64,000 bases of DNA from Patescibacteria group bacterium (GTDB lineage: Bacteria > Patescibacteriota > Dojkabacteria > GCA-002793355): contig BOKM01000001.1 in NCBI GenBank assembly GCA_016860985.1, positions 220,185 through 284,184 on the forward strand, read 5' to 3'. Within the stretch, counting starts at the first letter, position 1; each line of letters opens with the position of its first letter. Of this stretch, positions 29,003-39,350 are shown one piece after another. A model generated the notes under the pieces. That model searched no databases, was not told the origin of the DNA, and saw nothing but the letters and a program-made list of their open reading frames with translations. A program made the translations under genes and the position numbers.

Positions 29003-29707
29003 ATGGAAACAATTCTCCACGATATTCAAAGACGAATTCTTACGGAGCTTATGCATCACGAGACCGAACAACGGTATTCTGATTTACAGCTTCCTGATAT
29101 TGAAAATGATCTCTACAATTATCATCTTCAAAATCTTGTTAAGCGAAAGTTAATATCCAAAGCAGGATCGCATTACACACTTACTCAAGAAGGGAAACAG
29201 TTAATCTCTAAGTTCAATTCCTTGGGAGATGTGCAGCAATTCTTTAAGGTTTCTGTCGCGTTAGCGGTGTTTCGCAACGACTATACCGAAATCCTTGTAC
29301 AAAAACGACTTAGGAACCCGTTCTATGGTGATATTACAAGTGTTGCAGGAAAAATACTATATGGGGAAAAGATAATTGACGCAGCAAGGCGGAAGTTACT
29401 GGAAGAGACAAATCTTGCTGCACAGTTTAGTTTTATTGGTGTTATTCGAAAGATTAAACGAAGCAAGGATAATACTATTCTAGAAGATACGTTTTATCAC
29501 TATTGTATTGCAACAGACCCAGTTGGCGTATTAATCGAAAAGAATTCGTTTGGGGAAAATTTCTGGTCACCAATGTCAAATTTCATGCAATGGGAGAAAG
29601 AAAACAACGATACAGGCGAGTACGACATTGCAATCTGGAATCGTTTTATGAAAAAAGATTTCTCTTCTTTTTACTTTGAACAAGATGTTCAAATCAAACA
29701 ATACTAA
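29003..29707 (+). CDS. Winged-helix plus NUDIX domain protein
   Basis: YNYHLQNLVKRKLI wHTH; GKILYGEKIIDAARRKLLEET Nudix box (RE->RK). Confidence 0.8.
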   Translation: METILHDIQRRILTELMHHETEQRYSDLQLPDIENDLYNYHLQNLVKRKLISKAGSHYTLTQEGKQLISKFNSLGDVQQFFKVSVALAVFRNDYTEILVQKRLRNPFYGDITSVAGKILYGEKIIDAARRKLLEETNLAAQFSFIGVIRKIKRSKDNTILEDTFYHYCIATDPVGVLIEKNSFGENFWSPMSNFMQWEKENNDTGEYDIAIWNRFMKKDFSSFYFEQDVQIKQY

Positions 29708-30552
29708 TCGATGATATATATCGTTACCCAACGACGACTCCAGTTTCCATACCTAATGTCATCGTAGGCAAGATCTATTCTCTCGCCCTTAATCTTTCCT
29801 CCTGTATCCTCTGCCTTTCCAAAGCCGTATCCAGGAATATACATCTGTGTATGCATAGGAATAACTTTGGGATCAACTGCAACAATACCTTTCTTTAGTT
29901 TTGCTCCCGTAGCGGTAATATCGTTACAACCATAACAGGTTTTGTCGTACGAAGTTGCAAGCACTTTTAAAGTTTTCCAATAAGAAATTTTTTTCCCTTC
30001 AATTTCTGTTGTTTTTAAATCATATTGTGTCCCAACACGTGCATATTCAGTACGAGGTTCATGTTCGATCCATTTTGAAACAATGGTGGTTTTCTTTTTT
30101 CCATCACTGTAGGTTACTATTTCTTTGATAATACCTCGCCTCCCAGTTGCGCCACGTTTATCTATTACCTTCTTGCGATGGGGCAAGTCTTTTGTATAGG
30201 TAATATCAGTCTGAAAGGGAATTTTTTCCCACTCTAGAATACGCTCTCGACGAACATAAATCGCAACAATATGGCGAACATTATCAATAAAACCGTCAAA
30301 TATCAGTTCTACTTTGTCGCGCGAAGCACCAGCCTCTTCAAGTATTTCCATACTATCTTCTCGGCAGGTAATGAGTGTTTTTGTTTGGTCAGGAACAGAA
30401 ATAATAACCGGTCGATACTGAAAACAGTGCGTATAATGCTCTTTTTCCGCATATCTCCACATCGGATCGATACCAGAGAAGGCACTCACAACCGAAAACC
30501 GTAAGATAGCCAACACTGCGATGAGAGAAAGAAAGAGGATACGCTTTACCAC
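29704..30552 (-). CDS. G5 plus 3D domain protein (YabE-like, cell-wall active)
   Basis: Signal peptide; IPFQT...VGT G5 domain; ATSY, VAVDPKVIP, AEDTGGKIKGERIDL. Confidence 0.88.
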   Translation of the reverse strand: MVKRILFLSLIAVLAILRFSVVSAFSGIDPMWRYAEKEHYTHCFQYRPVIISVPDQTKTLITCREDSMEILEEAGASRDKVELIFDGFIDNVRHIVAIYVRRERILEWEKIPFQTDITYTKDLPHRKKVIDKRGATGRRGIIKEIVTYSDGKKKTTIVSKWIEHEPRTEYARVGTQYDLKTTEIEGKKISYWKTLKVLATSYDKTCYGCNDITATGAKLKKGIVAVDPKVIPMHTQMYIPGYGFGKAEDTGGKIKGERIDLAYDDIRYGNWSRRWVTIYIID

Positions 30553-32550
30553 TTACACTTCAACCTTCAGTTTATCTGGGATATCCGCAATGTACTGAGA
30601 CGGAACAGTCTCGATCATTAAGCTCCCTAATTGGCGTTTTCTTGAGCTCGAAAGGTACAGGTGCTCCTTTGCCCGAGTTATCGCTACGTAAAACAAACGG
30701 CGCTCTTCTTGCATCTGAATAGGATTTTCGAGTGAACGATTGTGGGGGAAAATACCCTCTTCTAGCCCAGCCAAGAACACCGTTCCGAACTCAAGACCTT
30801 TCGCTGCATGAATTGACATAAGACTAACCTTTCCTCTTACCGGGCCTTGGACCTCATCTGTCACTTCTTTGGCTTCTTCTACTAGGGCAATATCTTCAAG
30901 AAACTTCATAAGCCCATCACGCCCAACATATTTATTCTTTTCAGCAACCGCTGCAAGTTCTTGTACATTAGCATATCGAGAAATAATCTCTTCTTTGGTA
31001 CTAGCCATCTTTTCTATCCAAGATTTATACCCAACAGTCTCAACAACACTCATTACAAAGCTCGAAATATCAATACCTGGATCGAACGACATTTTAATTG
31101 CCTTTCCAAGCTGCTCAAACAATTGCGGATATTTTTTGAATATATCAACCCCTGCCTCTTGGATACCGAGTAAGAACTCATCACTAACCATTACCATGGC
31201 AAATTCTGGGTCGTGAGCTACTAGGGAGCCATACCACACGAATTCAGCTAAATGAAGTTTTGCCTTTGTAGCAAGTTCACGAAAATGCTTAATAGCGCCA
31301 TCGCCAATTTTTCGACTCGGGGTGTTTATAATTCTGAGCAAACTTACCTCGTCTTTTGGATTACTAATAAACTTGATGTATGCAAGAATATCTTTTACTT
31401 CCATACGATGATAAAAGCCCACCCCGCCGACTAGTTTGTATGGAACACCAAACTTCACAAAAACTTCTTCAAAACTTCTAGAAAGAGAGTTAACTCGGTA
31501 TAACACAGCAACTTCATCCAAATTAGATTGATATCGCTGCAGCTCTCGTAGTACTTGCATCGCCTCTGAAAATGGGTCATCAAGCCTTGAAACAACAATT
31601 GGATACTCTTTTACTTTGTCGGTCCATAAGGCTTTCGGTATACGATTTGGATTCTTAGAGATTATATGGTTCGCAGCATCAAGAATCACTTTTGTAGAAC
31701 GATAGTTTTGCTCTAACTTCACAATCGTATGGTCAGGAAAGTCCTTTTGAAAAAAACGTATGTTATCAACTGTTGCCCCGCGCCAGGAATATATAGATTG
31801 ATCTTCGTCACCAACAACGCACAAATGCCGATGATTTTTCGCTAATGCACGGACGATACGATATTGCTCCATATTTGTATCTTGGTATTCATCTACCAAA
31901 ATATATTTGAATTGTTCTTGGTATTTTGCAAGGATTTCTGGGTTCTTTTCAAAGAGCTTTACTACTAAAGAAAGAAGGTCATCAAAATCTACCGCATTTT
32001 GTGCCTGCAAACGCTTTACATATTCCTTATAGACTTTTGATACTGTTTCATCGAAATCATCACCATAACTATTTTCAAAATATTCTGAAGCAGCAATTCC
32101 TTTGTTTTTTGCATCAGAGATTTTTTCATGTATTAAGTTTGGCTTGAAATTCTGGCTTAGTTCAAAATCTTTACAAATCGATTTAACCACAGACAACTGA
32201 TCATCTTGGTCATAGATGGTAAAGGACCTATCCAGTCCAATATCTTGCGCGTGGCGACGGAGTAAGAAGGCGCCAAACGAATGGAATGTTCCAACAAACG
32301 GCTTTCTTCCTTGGTGCTCAGCGGGGAGTAACTGAGCAATTCTCTCTTGCATTTCGTTTGCTGCTTTCTTAGTGAAAGTAACGGCCAATATACTTTCTGG
32401 TCTATACTGGAGCTCCGTAATCAGATGGGCAATTTTGACCGTTAGTACTCGAGTTTTACCTGACCCTGCGCCTGCCAAAATGAGTAAAGGTCCTTCACAT
32501 GCAAGGACTGCGTTTTTTTGTGCGGTATTTAACCCTTCGATTAGTGCCAT
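30553..32550 (-). CDS. pcrA: ATP-dependent DNA helicase PcrA/UvrD
   Basis: AGAGSGKT, VDEYQDTN, VGDEDQSIYSWRGA, LEQNYRST, HAAKGLEF, EERRLFYVAITRA. Confidence 0.96.
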   Translation of the reverse strand: MALIEGLNTAQKNAVLACEGPLLILAGAGSGKTRVLTVKIAHLITELQYRPESILAVTFTKKAANEMQERIAQLLPAEHQGRKPFVGTFHSFGAFLLRRHAQDIGLDRSFTIYDQDDQLSVVKSICKDFELSQNFKPNLIHEKISDAKNKGIAASEYFENSYGDDFDETVSKVYKEYVKRLQAQNAVDFDDLLSLVVKLFEKNPEILAKYQEQFKYILVDEYQDTNMEQYRIVRALAKNHRHLCVVGDEDQSIYSWRGATVDNIRFFQKDFPDHTIVKLEQNYRSTKVILDAANHIISKNPNRIPKALWTDKVKEYPIVVSRLDDPFSEAMQVLRELQRYQSNLDEVAVLYRVNSLSRSFEEVFVKFGVPYKLVGGVGFYHRMEVKDILAYIKFISNPKDEVSLLRIINTPSRKIGDGAIKHFRELATKAKLHLAEFVWYGSLVAHDPEFAMVMVSDEFLLGIQEAGVDIFKKYPQLFEQLGKAIKMSFDPGIDISSFVMSVVETVGYKSWIEKMASTKEEIISRYANVQELAAVAEKNKYVGRDGLMKFLEDIALVEEAKEVTDEVQGPVRGKVSLMSIHAAKGLEFGTVFLAGLEEGIFPHNRSLENPIQMQEERRLFYVAITRAKEHLYLSSSRKRQLGSLMIETVPSQYIADIPDKLKVEV

Positions 32551-32734
32551 ATTTCGTAACAATAAACCTTATCTATACGTGACCGAACGTGCAATTAATA
32601 CGTTCCGAAATATATTCCCACATGTTAACGCATCTGCAACTTCGTTGCATCACCGCATACATGGTGCGTGGTTATATATTCGTTCACAACACCTTCCAGA
32701 TGTACACTTTCTGACTTTACGGTCAGAGTATACA

Positions 32735-33865
32735 CTACCGAATAAATGGCTTGTACACCCATCCTACTCGCCCTTCTTTCGTTTCAATTTTAACCCATGC
32801 ATCTTGGTATCCCTTAACGATAACATAGGTGCCCACGTCAATCCTTCCAACAATCGAGCCTTTTAAGCTTGGAGTTCCTCTAAGATTAGCAAAGGCTGAT
32901 CCGTCTTTTGATATTATTCTTCCGAGTTTGTAGTTGTCATTTTCTACAACAAAATTAAGTGCCATTGGCTTTCCTACTTGGGAGTTTCCAGATTTAAGTA
33001 CTAATGACTCCGAGTATTTACCTGGTAATAGCGGTGCGCCTAATGTAACCGATATCGCACTTTCCTCACCGGGTAAGAGCATGCCTGGTAAACGCGCAAT
33101 CAAATTTGGGGCAATCCAAGAAGAGTGATACAGCTGAGAGACCCCTTTTGATAGCGGTGCAAGCGCGAGAGCCTCTTGCCCAGAAGGGTAAATTGGAAAC
33201 TCTCCTTCATTTTTTATCTTGATAATAAAAGACACCAGTTCTTTTTGCCTCACACTCTTTGAGTATTCTGGCTCTTGTAAAGATAGATTTAACGCCCTTT
33301 TCGTGACATCCTCTTTACTTGGGGTAATGCCTTTGCATGCAATATCGCACTTCTCAGTGTTTGCGAGTGCTATTGTCGTATTTTTTTCGTCTGCTACTAA
33401 AACTAAGTCGCCTCTTAATAATATGGTCATTTTATAAGAATTAATCAGTTCTTGAACCTTTGTAATTGGCATGCTTCCATATACGCCAAGCACAAAATAC
33501 CCTGTGTCGCTTGCAGTAACAACATTTGCAAGATAATCAGGGTAAGGGCACGAAAGAAATGCAATTTCGCCATTTGCAGCAACTGCATTCAAAGGCGCGA
33601 CGTTATTTCCCCGAACATATGCCAAATCAAAATACAAAGATGTTGCAATTTGTTGAGCAGTTGCCCCTGGTTGTACCACAAGGTCTTCCGTTAGGGGAAC
33701 CACCACAAGTGTTGTCATTGGTTTGTAATTTCCTTTGGTTCTTTCGCATGATAGCGGGAGATACTCTACAACTTTGTTTTCGGCAGATACTGGATGAATA
33801 TTATTAACAAACAATACCGACATAATTGCGACCAAAAAGAATACAAACAGAGACTCTCGTTTCAT
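32735..33865 (-). CDS. Secreted protein with C-terminal SH3b domain
   Basis: Signal peptide; Ig-like IKNEG...APLLPGKY segment; ANLRGTPS...WVKI...GWVY. Confidence 0.75.
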   Translation of the reverse strand: MKRESLFVFFLVAIMSVLFVNNIHPVSAENKVVEYLPLSCERTKGNYKPMTTLVVVPLTEDLVVQPGATAQQIATSLYFDLAYVRGNNVAPLNAVAANGEIAFLSCPYPDYLANVVTASDTGYFVLGVYGSMPITKVQELINSYKMTILLRGDLVLVADEKNTTIALANTEKCDIACKGITPSKEDVTKRALNLSLQEPEYSKSVRQKELVSFIIKIKNEGEFPIYPSGQEALALAPLSKGVSQLYHSSWIAPNLIARLPGMLLPGEESAISVTLGAPLLPGKYSESLVLKSGNSQVGKPMALNFVVENDNYKLGRIISKDGSAFANLRGTPSLKGSIVGRIDVGTYVIVKGYQDAWVKIETKEGRVGWVYKPFIR

Positions 33866-33907
33866 ACATCATTATACCTGGGAATAGTGATTGAGCAAGT
33901 CTACTAC

Positions 33908-36850
33908 TTATTTACAAGCAAGTGGTGGCGATAGATTACACATCACAGAGTAAGCGGCATCTGGATGAGGGTCAAGTGAACCTCCCTCCCATACTTCCAT
34001 ATGGACGTGTGAGCCAGAAGAACATAAACTTGGTCCAATAATCATAGCTCCAATGACAGTACCTTTTGTTACGCTTGAACCATCTGGAATAGAATCTTTT
34101 TTGACGACATGATAAAAGACATAGGTCGTACCAGAGACACCTTCAAATTTCACACCAATGACGGTTCCGCCTTTACAGCTAATTCCTCTGAAATATACTT
34201 TTCCATCCTCTGGCGCGACAACCTGTGTTGCGCGATCACCAGGTGCTAAATCAATTGCATAGTTACAGGGATTTCCGCTTGGGCAGGTAGTACCGTGGTG
34301 CGAATATGTCCCGTTTGGACCTTGTGAACAATAGGTTACACTCGCCCCATCTGTCGTTTGTACTGGGCATGCGTTATCTGAAAAATCATCATAATCTGTC
34401 CAGTCTATAGGAGGCAATGGTGGAGGATTCGTGCCTGGGGGCAACACATTACCGTATGGATCTCCAACTGCGACCACAGGATTATATCCCGGGTCTGGAG
34501 CAAATAGCCCCCCGTTTCCAACATTTTGCGCAAGGTACTGAGGTCCGCCAACTTCGGCAAGATTTTGAAAGCCTAAGATGGTCAGTGCAACAATCCCAAT
34601 AGTTAAACCAACAACAAGCTGAAATGTGATTCGGAGTAGTGCTCCGGTAATTTTGTCGAGAGCACCAAAAGTAACGAAATTACCAATCATGTAGGCATAG
34701 CGGAGGAATTCCGAGACGCCAGCAGTAATGTAAGCAGCAGCAGCAACAAGTGCTTTTCCAATTGCAGTTTTTGCGAGTTGAGCGGCAACTTTTTGCGCAG
34801 CGAGCTTAGCAGCAGCACGCATTCTTGCTTGAAAAACTTGTATCGCAGCGTTAGTTAAGTTTGCGGGGGCATTAATCAAAAAACCGACTCGACGAGAAAC
34901 CCTAGCAATTGCTTGGTACCCGCTGCTGTTCAATCGGTTATAAGCGAATTTACCTAATCTAGAGAAACCACTCGTATCTAATACTTTCGAATACCCCTTG
35001 CCATCAGCATTCCTGACATATTTCCACTTAATATTCTTTCCAAATCCACTTCCAATCCATGCCATCCTTTGGAAAGTATCACCGTTTAAAAGTCCTCCGA
35101 AAAAAGCTCCGGGACTGAATGCATACATGAAATACGCTGTTTTTTGGAAGGGATTTGCTTTATGAGAAATAACATCGACCATTTTCCAACCAGTCATACC
35201 CTTTGTAGCAGCTCCGAGTGAAGGAGGACCAGTCTTGGTATAAGCGTCATAGTTGTCTTTCTTTCCCTTATATCGTGCTAACTGATCTTCCATTTTCTTA
35301 AGACGTGCTTGGTCGGCAATCACTCTTTTGTCGGTTGCTCCAAATTTTGCCAAATTTGTTGCGACTTGTGACTTGAAAAGTTCAGTTTTATTGGTCATTT
35401 TCGTAAGCTTATCAGCCATTCCAGACGACTGAAGCCCACGTATTTCGAACTTATCCGCGACTACTGCCTTTCCAGCCATCGGGCCACTTAACCCCCCAGC
35501 CCACGTTGCCATCTGAAGCCAGCTAGTTCCCGTAAGCAATCCCAATGGAGTGAAAATCTTATTGAGCGTTGGCATGGTATTCCATCTGTAATAGATATAA
35601 CCTGCTTGCCTTGCCAATGTTTGAGGAGTATTGTCAAATCTTTTGTTTAAACTCTCCTCCATTCGGGCGTATTTTGCGTCACGCTTTTTGTCTAATCCTC
35701 CCCAATCTGTTTTGAGTGCCTGAACACCCGTACTCACGAGGTACTTAATGTCATTCTTCTTCGGATCAATCCCTTTCGACATTCCTGTGATTAAGGCCCC
35801 GAATCGATGTTGATTTTGGGAGACATCGTAAAAATTCTGCAGATTTTTTTGTAATGTTGGTGAAAGGGAAGGATCAACTGCGTGACGAGCTAATACATTT
35901 CCATATGCTCGTTGAATATTATCGCCAACCGCTTTTCCCCCTAAAGCAGGGTCAAATAATGATAAAGGATCCCTTTCTGATATCTTAACTCCTAAATTAT
36001 TTTCATCAAAAATATCTGTGAAGTTTTTTATCTGATTGTTTGTTGAGCCTGCGACCGCAAGATTATATTCATCGGCAATATCCTTTTTCAGTTTCGAATT
36101 GTAGTATTTTACAAATTCGTCTCGTTCGGCTTGATTGTCAATACCAACATTCATAGCAACCGCGACATCTACTGCACTCAGGACCTTATCCTTATCTGGT
36201 GCTTTACCATATTCCAAATCACCTTTCTGGATTCCCTTGTAGTCTTTTCTCACGGCTCCTTCATTTGCAATCGAGATGGTGGATGCAATATCCGCGTCAA
36301 TCCCATTCTTTCTATCTACGATATAGTTTGCCGCGACCTTTTGAACCGGCTCACCAAAAAAATCTGAAATCATATCGACTTGCCGGGCGAGAAGTAGGTT
36401 TTGCCAATACGAATCGGCAAGCTTATTCGCAAACCCAGCAGGATCCAACAATGCACTTGTGGTATTTCCTGGAGTTATTGCGACGCCTCCTGGCCCGACT
36501 TCCTGGTAACCATAACTCTCTCCCTCAACAGTAAAGGTCTGACTACCTGCCGGATTACCCGCGAGTGTTGGATGTGCTAATTCAATAGTCGGTCCAACTC
36601 CCTGCCCAAACGCCTTAAACATGGGTTTCGTAATTTGATTATCAACAATACCACCAACTGCATTACTCCCCGTCATACTTGCAGCAACGGCAACAATACC
36701 ATCTGCAATCTGATCATTTACCTGATAAGGCACCACATCCGGGACCCCTGCATCGCCGTATACTTTCTGTTGTTTTTCGGCTAACTCGTAAAGCGCATCA
36801 TAAAAAGAACCTAACGCACTCATTGATGTTCCGCCACCCTTGTCAGCCAT
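33908..36850 (-). CDS. Large membrane protein with C-terminal M23 peptidase domain
   Basis: H...AIDLA, VVAPEDG, FYH, GSHVHMEV; TM segment and Pro-rich linker before the domain. Confidence 0.8.
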   Translation of the reverse strand: MADKGGGTSMSALGSFYDALYELAEKQQKVYGDAGVPDVVPYQVNDQIADGIVAVAASMTGSNAVGGIVDNQITKPMFKAFGQGVGPTIELAHPTLAGNPAGSQTFTVEGESYGYQEVGPGGVAITPGNTTSALLDPAGFANKLADSYWQNLLLARQVDMISDFFGEPVQKVAANYIVDRKNGIDADIASTISIANEGAVRKDYKGIQKGDLEYGKAPDKDKVLSAVDVAVAMNVGIDNQAERDEFVKYYNSKLKKDIADEYNLAVAGSTNNQIKNFTDIFDENNLGVKISERDPLSLFDPALGGKAVGDNIQRAYGNVLARHAVDPSLSPTLQKNLQNFYDVSQNQHRFGALITGMSKGIDPKKNDIKYLVSTGVQALKTDWGGLDKKRDAKYARMEESLNKRFDNTPQTLARQAGYIYYRWNTMPTLNKIFTPLGLLTGTSWLQMATWAGGLSGPMAGKAVVADKFEIRGLQSSGMADKLTKMTNKTELFKSQVATNLAKFGATDKRVIADQARLKKMEDQLARYKGKKDNYDAYTKTGPPSLGAATKGMTGWKMVDVISHKANPFQKTAYFMYAFSPGAFFGGLLNGDTFQRMAWIGSGFGKNIKWKYVRNADGKGYSKVLDTSGFSRLGKFAYNRLNSSGYQAIARVSRRVGFLINAPANLTNAAIQVFQARMRAAAKLAAQKVAAQLAKTAIGKALVAAAAYITAGVSEFLRYAYMIGNFVTFGALDKITGALLRITFQLVVGLTIGIVALTILGFQNLAEVGGPQYLAQNVGNGGLFAPDPGYNPVVAVGDPYGNVLPPGTNPPPLPPIDWTDYDDFSDNACPVQTTDGASVTYCSQGPNGTYSHHGTTCPSGNPCNYAIDLAPGDRATQVVAPEDGKVYFRGISCKGGTVIGVKFEGVSGTTYVFYHVVKKDSIPDGSSVTKGTVIGAMIIGPSLCSSGSHVHMEVWEGGSLDPHPDAAYSVMCNLSPPLACK

Positions 36851-36874
36851 TTCGGTTTATAACAAAATCAATTA

Positions 36875-38398
36875 TTATTGCACCAAGCCACCGATAACTG
36901 GCATTGTTTGCAAGCTCTTCTTCGCTCCTTCCCATGCTTTGCTAAAGTCACCACCACCCTTTGGAGCTGGGAACATTGATTCTACCATTGCAGGAACCGA
37001 AGGAACCATATTAAGGACCACAAGTGCAATCACTGCTGCAGGTCCAACGGTTAAGAGCAACCAATCCGAAGTTGCAGTCGTACCTGCGGGGATAAGTCCA
37101 CCGGTTACACAGGTAAGAATACTTTTATCTGCACCGGCACAGCCAGCACTCGATGCGGCTACGGCATAAGCCATGTATGCTCCAACATTAACAAAGGTGA
37201 ACATTATTGGAATTGCGACTGCATTCTTAAACATTCTTGATAACCATGTAGAAAATCCTGATTGCTTACCTGGAAGTGAAGAAATCATAAGTAACAACGG
37301 TGCGAGTGCGATATCGATAATCATCTTGATATAAGTTGAAAGCACTGTCCAGAAGATTCTGATTGTTGTAATAAGCATTGCAGCTCCAATAACGATTCTT
37401 GCGATTAGTGAAAGAACCGTATATGTAATTGCTTGTGCATAGGCGTTTGCACCCGTTGTAATTACCTCCCAAAGTCTTGCGAGGCCGGTCGAATCAGATT
37501 CCTGCAATGGTCCAAAAATTCCTGGAGCTACAGCTGAAAACCAGTTATTTGCTTCTGATTGGTAGGTACCCCACACGGTAGTCATAAAGAAATCTTTAAA
37601 CAGATTCCATGGACCGTTGATATAAATAACATTTAACCCATATTCGTCAAACATACCTTGGAACAATACTGCGATTGCCTGCACCAGATACTTGGATAGG
37701 TTTAAGAAAAAGACGCCAAGCGCATAGCTTGCGAGTGCCAATAAGGCACCTATAACCGCATTCTGCAACGCCATAGAAACAGTAACCACTACTTGGCCAC
37801 CTGCTTTACTTCGAAACATAATCATAAAGCCTGCGATAATAAGGATAACCACAAGGATAGACATTGCCAGTGTAAAGGATATTCCCCACAGCTTGTTCAA
37901 GCCAAGTGCACCATTTCCCAAATACTGCGAGGCTGATCCTGATTCTGGTGGCTGACCTCCTGACTGTGCGTACGCACTCCCTGCTGATTGTTCGAGCAAT
38001 TCTTTTGGCAAAAACATCTGAGCATAATGCCCTGGTATATTTCCGTTAGGTGGAGTAAGAAACGCATTAGTCATCATTATTGCCGAGTTTTGGACCAAAC
38101 CGTAACGTAGATACGGCTTTTCTGCGAGTAATTTCTGTTTTCTTTCGCTTGATTCTGGAATTATTGCAGTACCGTTTAATGTCTTTTCGGTATCAACAAT
38201 TATAGAAACTCTTCCCAACGAGGTCTGTTTATAGTTATCTGCAGTTTCGGAATCTGTAAACGTTTGGGTAACTTCTTCGTTGTCTTCGTAAATTTTAATA
38301 ATTGGATTTTCGTCCGCCTGCGCTTTTGATGGAAGAAACAGTGAAATACCGAATGCAACCATTGTAAGAAAAGTAAGTAGTGAGACTAATTTTTTCAT
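36875..38398 (-). CDS. Polytopic membrane protein, VirB6/TrbL-like
   Basis: Signal peptide, then ILIIAGFMIMFR and IALAPLLLMISSLPG...WL pattern. Confidence 0.55.
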   Translation of the reverse strand: MKKLVSLLTFLTMVAFGISLFLPSKAQADENPIIKIYEDNEEVTQTFTDSETADNYKQTSLGRVSIIVDTEKTLNGTAIIPESSERKQKLLAEKPYLRYGLVQNSAIMMTNAFLTPPNGNIPGHYAQMFLPKELLEQSAGSAYAQSGGQPPESGSASQYLGNGALGLNKLWGISFTLAMSILVVILIIAGFMIMFRSKAGGQVVVTVSMALQNAVIGALLALASYALGVFFLNLSKYLVQAIAVLFQGMFDEYGLNVIYINGPWNLFKDFFMTTVWGTYQSEANNWFSAVAPGIFGPLQESDSTGLARLWEVITTGANAYAQAITYTVLSLIARIVIGAAMLITTIRIFWTVLSTYIKMIIDIALAPLLLMISSLPGKQSGFSTWLSRMFKNAVAIPIMFTFVNVGAYMAYAVAASSAGCAGADKSILTCVTGGLIPAGTTATSDWLLLTVGPAAVIALVVLNMVPSVPAMVESMFPAPKGGGDFSKAWEGAKKSLQTMPVIGGLVQ

Positions 38399-38406
38399 GC
38401 CCAATT

Positions 38407-38670
38407 CTACTTAGTTTTCCTTCTCTTTGTCAACAACGGAGAGATGAAAGAAAAGATAGTCTGAAGAATACTCATATACATCTTGCCTGGACCTTCTATG
38501 AAGTCAACGACGACCACCTTAAATTTCTCATAATATGTAATCATTTCGATGACTGAATCGAGCTTTTTGCCGAAGCGGCCAAGCATATATAACACGTACC
38601 CCAGCACTGCAATAAGCAGCATTAAAGCAATAATTCCTAAGATCTGGAGGGTAATTTGAAGTTCAACCAT
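38407..38670 (-). CDS. Small membrane protein
   Basis: N-terminal TM helix; operon context. Confidence 0.65.
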   Translation of the reverse strand: MVELQITLQILGIIALMLLIAVLGYVLYMLGRFGKKLDSVIEMITYYEKFKVVVVDFIEGPGKMYMSILQTIFSFISPLLTKRRKTK

Positions 38671-38688
38671 TGGGGCAATGATAAAAAA

Positions 38689-38904
38689 TTATTTTCCTTC
38701 GAGCTTTTGCACTTCGCGGGTGACGTTATAAACGAATTCACCAACAATAGGCACAGCCTGAACTCTTGCAGCAATAAATCCTAGCACTGAAACTAACAGG
38801 ACCGCACCAATAATGGTTCCAATCCCCCAGCCAATGCCACCAATAAGGTTATCAAAAAAAAGTCTCCCTTTTGATTTTTCAATATAGATTTTTTCTGCTC
38901 TCAC
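38689..38904 (-). CDS. Small membrane protein (DUF5665-like)
   Basis: NLIGGIGWGIGTIIGA...VPIVGEFV. Confidence 0.65.
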   Translation of the reverse strand: MRAEKIYIEKSKGRLFFDNLIGGIGWGIGTIIGAVLLVSVLGFIAARVQAVPIVGEFVYNVTREVQKLEGK

Positions 38905-38944
38905 GCTTCAGTATAGCAGAAGGTAAGCCAACGCTCTACTGCTT

Positions 38945-39226
38945 TTACTTCTCTAGCTTTGCGAGTACTTCGTTGATTGCGACAAGCATATACTTAGTGC
39001 CGTCTACATCGACTTCTGTTCCAGCATATTTTGAGTAGATTACCCAATCACCAACCTTTACGCCACGTTTTGCAATTTTCTTTGAGGTACCGACAGCTAC
39101 GACTTCTGCCATATTTGGCATTTTGTCGTCTTTTGCGGTTTCTGGAATAAAAAGCCCTGATTTTGTTTTTACTTCTGGTTCAACATTCTTAAGAACAAGG
39201 TACTTTGAGAGTGGTTTTATCTGCAT
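38945..39226 (-). CDS. groES: Co-chaperonin GroES
   Basis: IKPL, TKSGLFIPETA, VVAVG, VKVGD, YSKYAGTEV. Confidence 0.95.
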   Translation of the reverse strand: MQIKPLSKYLVLKNVEPEVKTKSGLFIPETAKDDKMPNMAEVVAVGTSKKIAKRGVKVGDWVIYSKYAGTEVDVDGTKYMLVAINEVLAKLEK

Positions 39227-39260
39227 TTTACATTCGGTTCATTTTATATAGTAATGCCTA

Positions 39261-39296
39261 AGTATAATATTGGCAGTCTAGCGAGTCAAGTGCTAA
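39261..39296 (-). promoter_or_regulatory. CIRCE operator overlapping the groES promoter
   Basis: TTAGCACTT-N9-GACTGCCAA (39296-39270) versus consensus TTAGCACTC-N9-GAGTGCTAA; overlaps TTGACT-17 nt-TATACT; hrcA is in the window. Confidence 0.85.
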
Positions 39297-39350
39297 TTCA
39301 CAATTCAGACTATGGCAGAAAATCTAATTTCAGGTATAATTCCAAAGATT

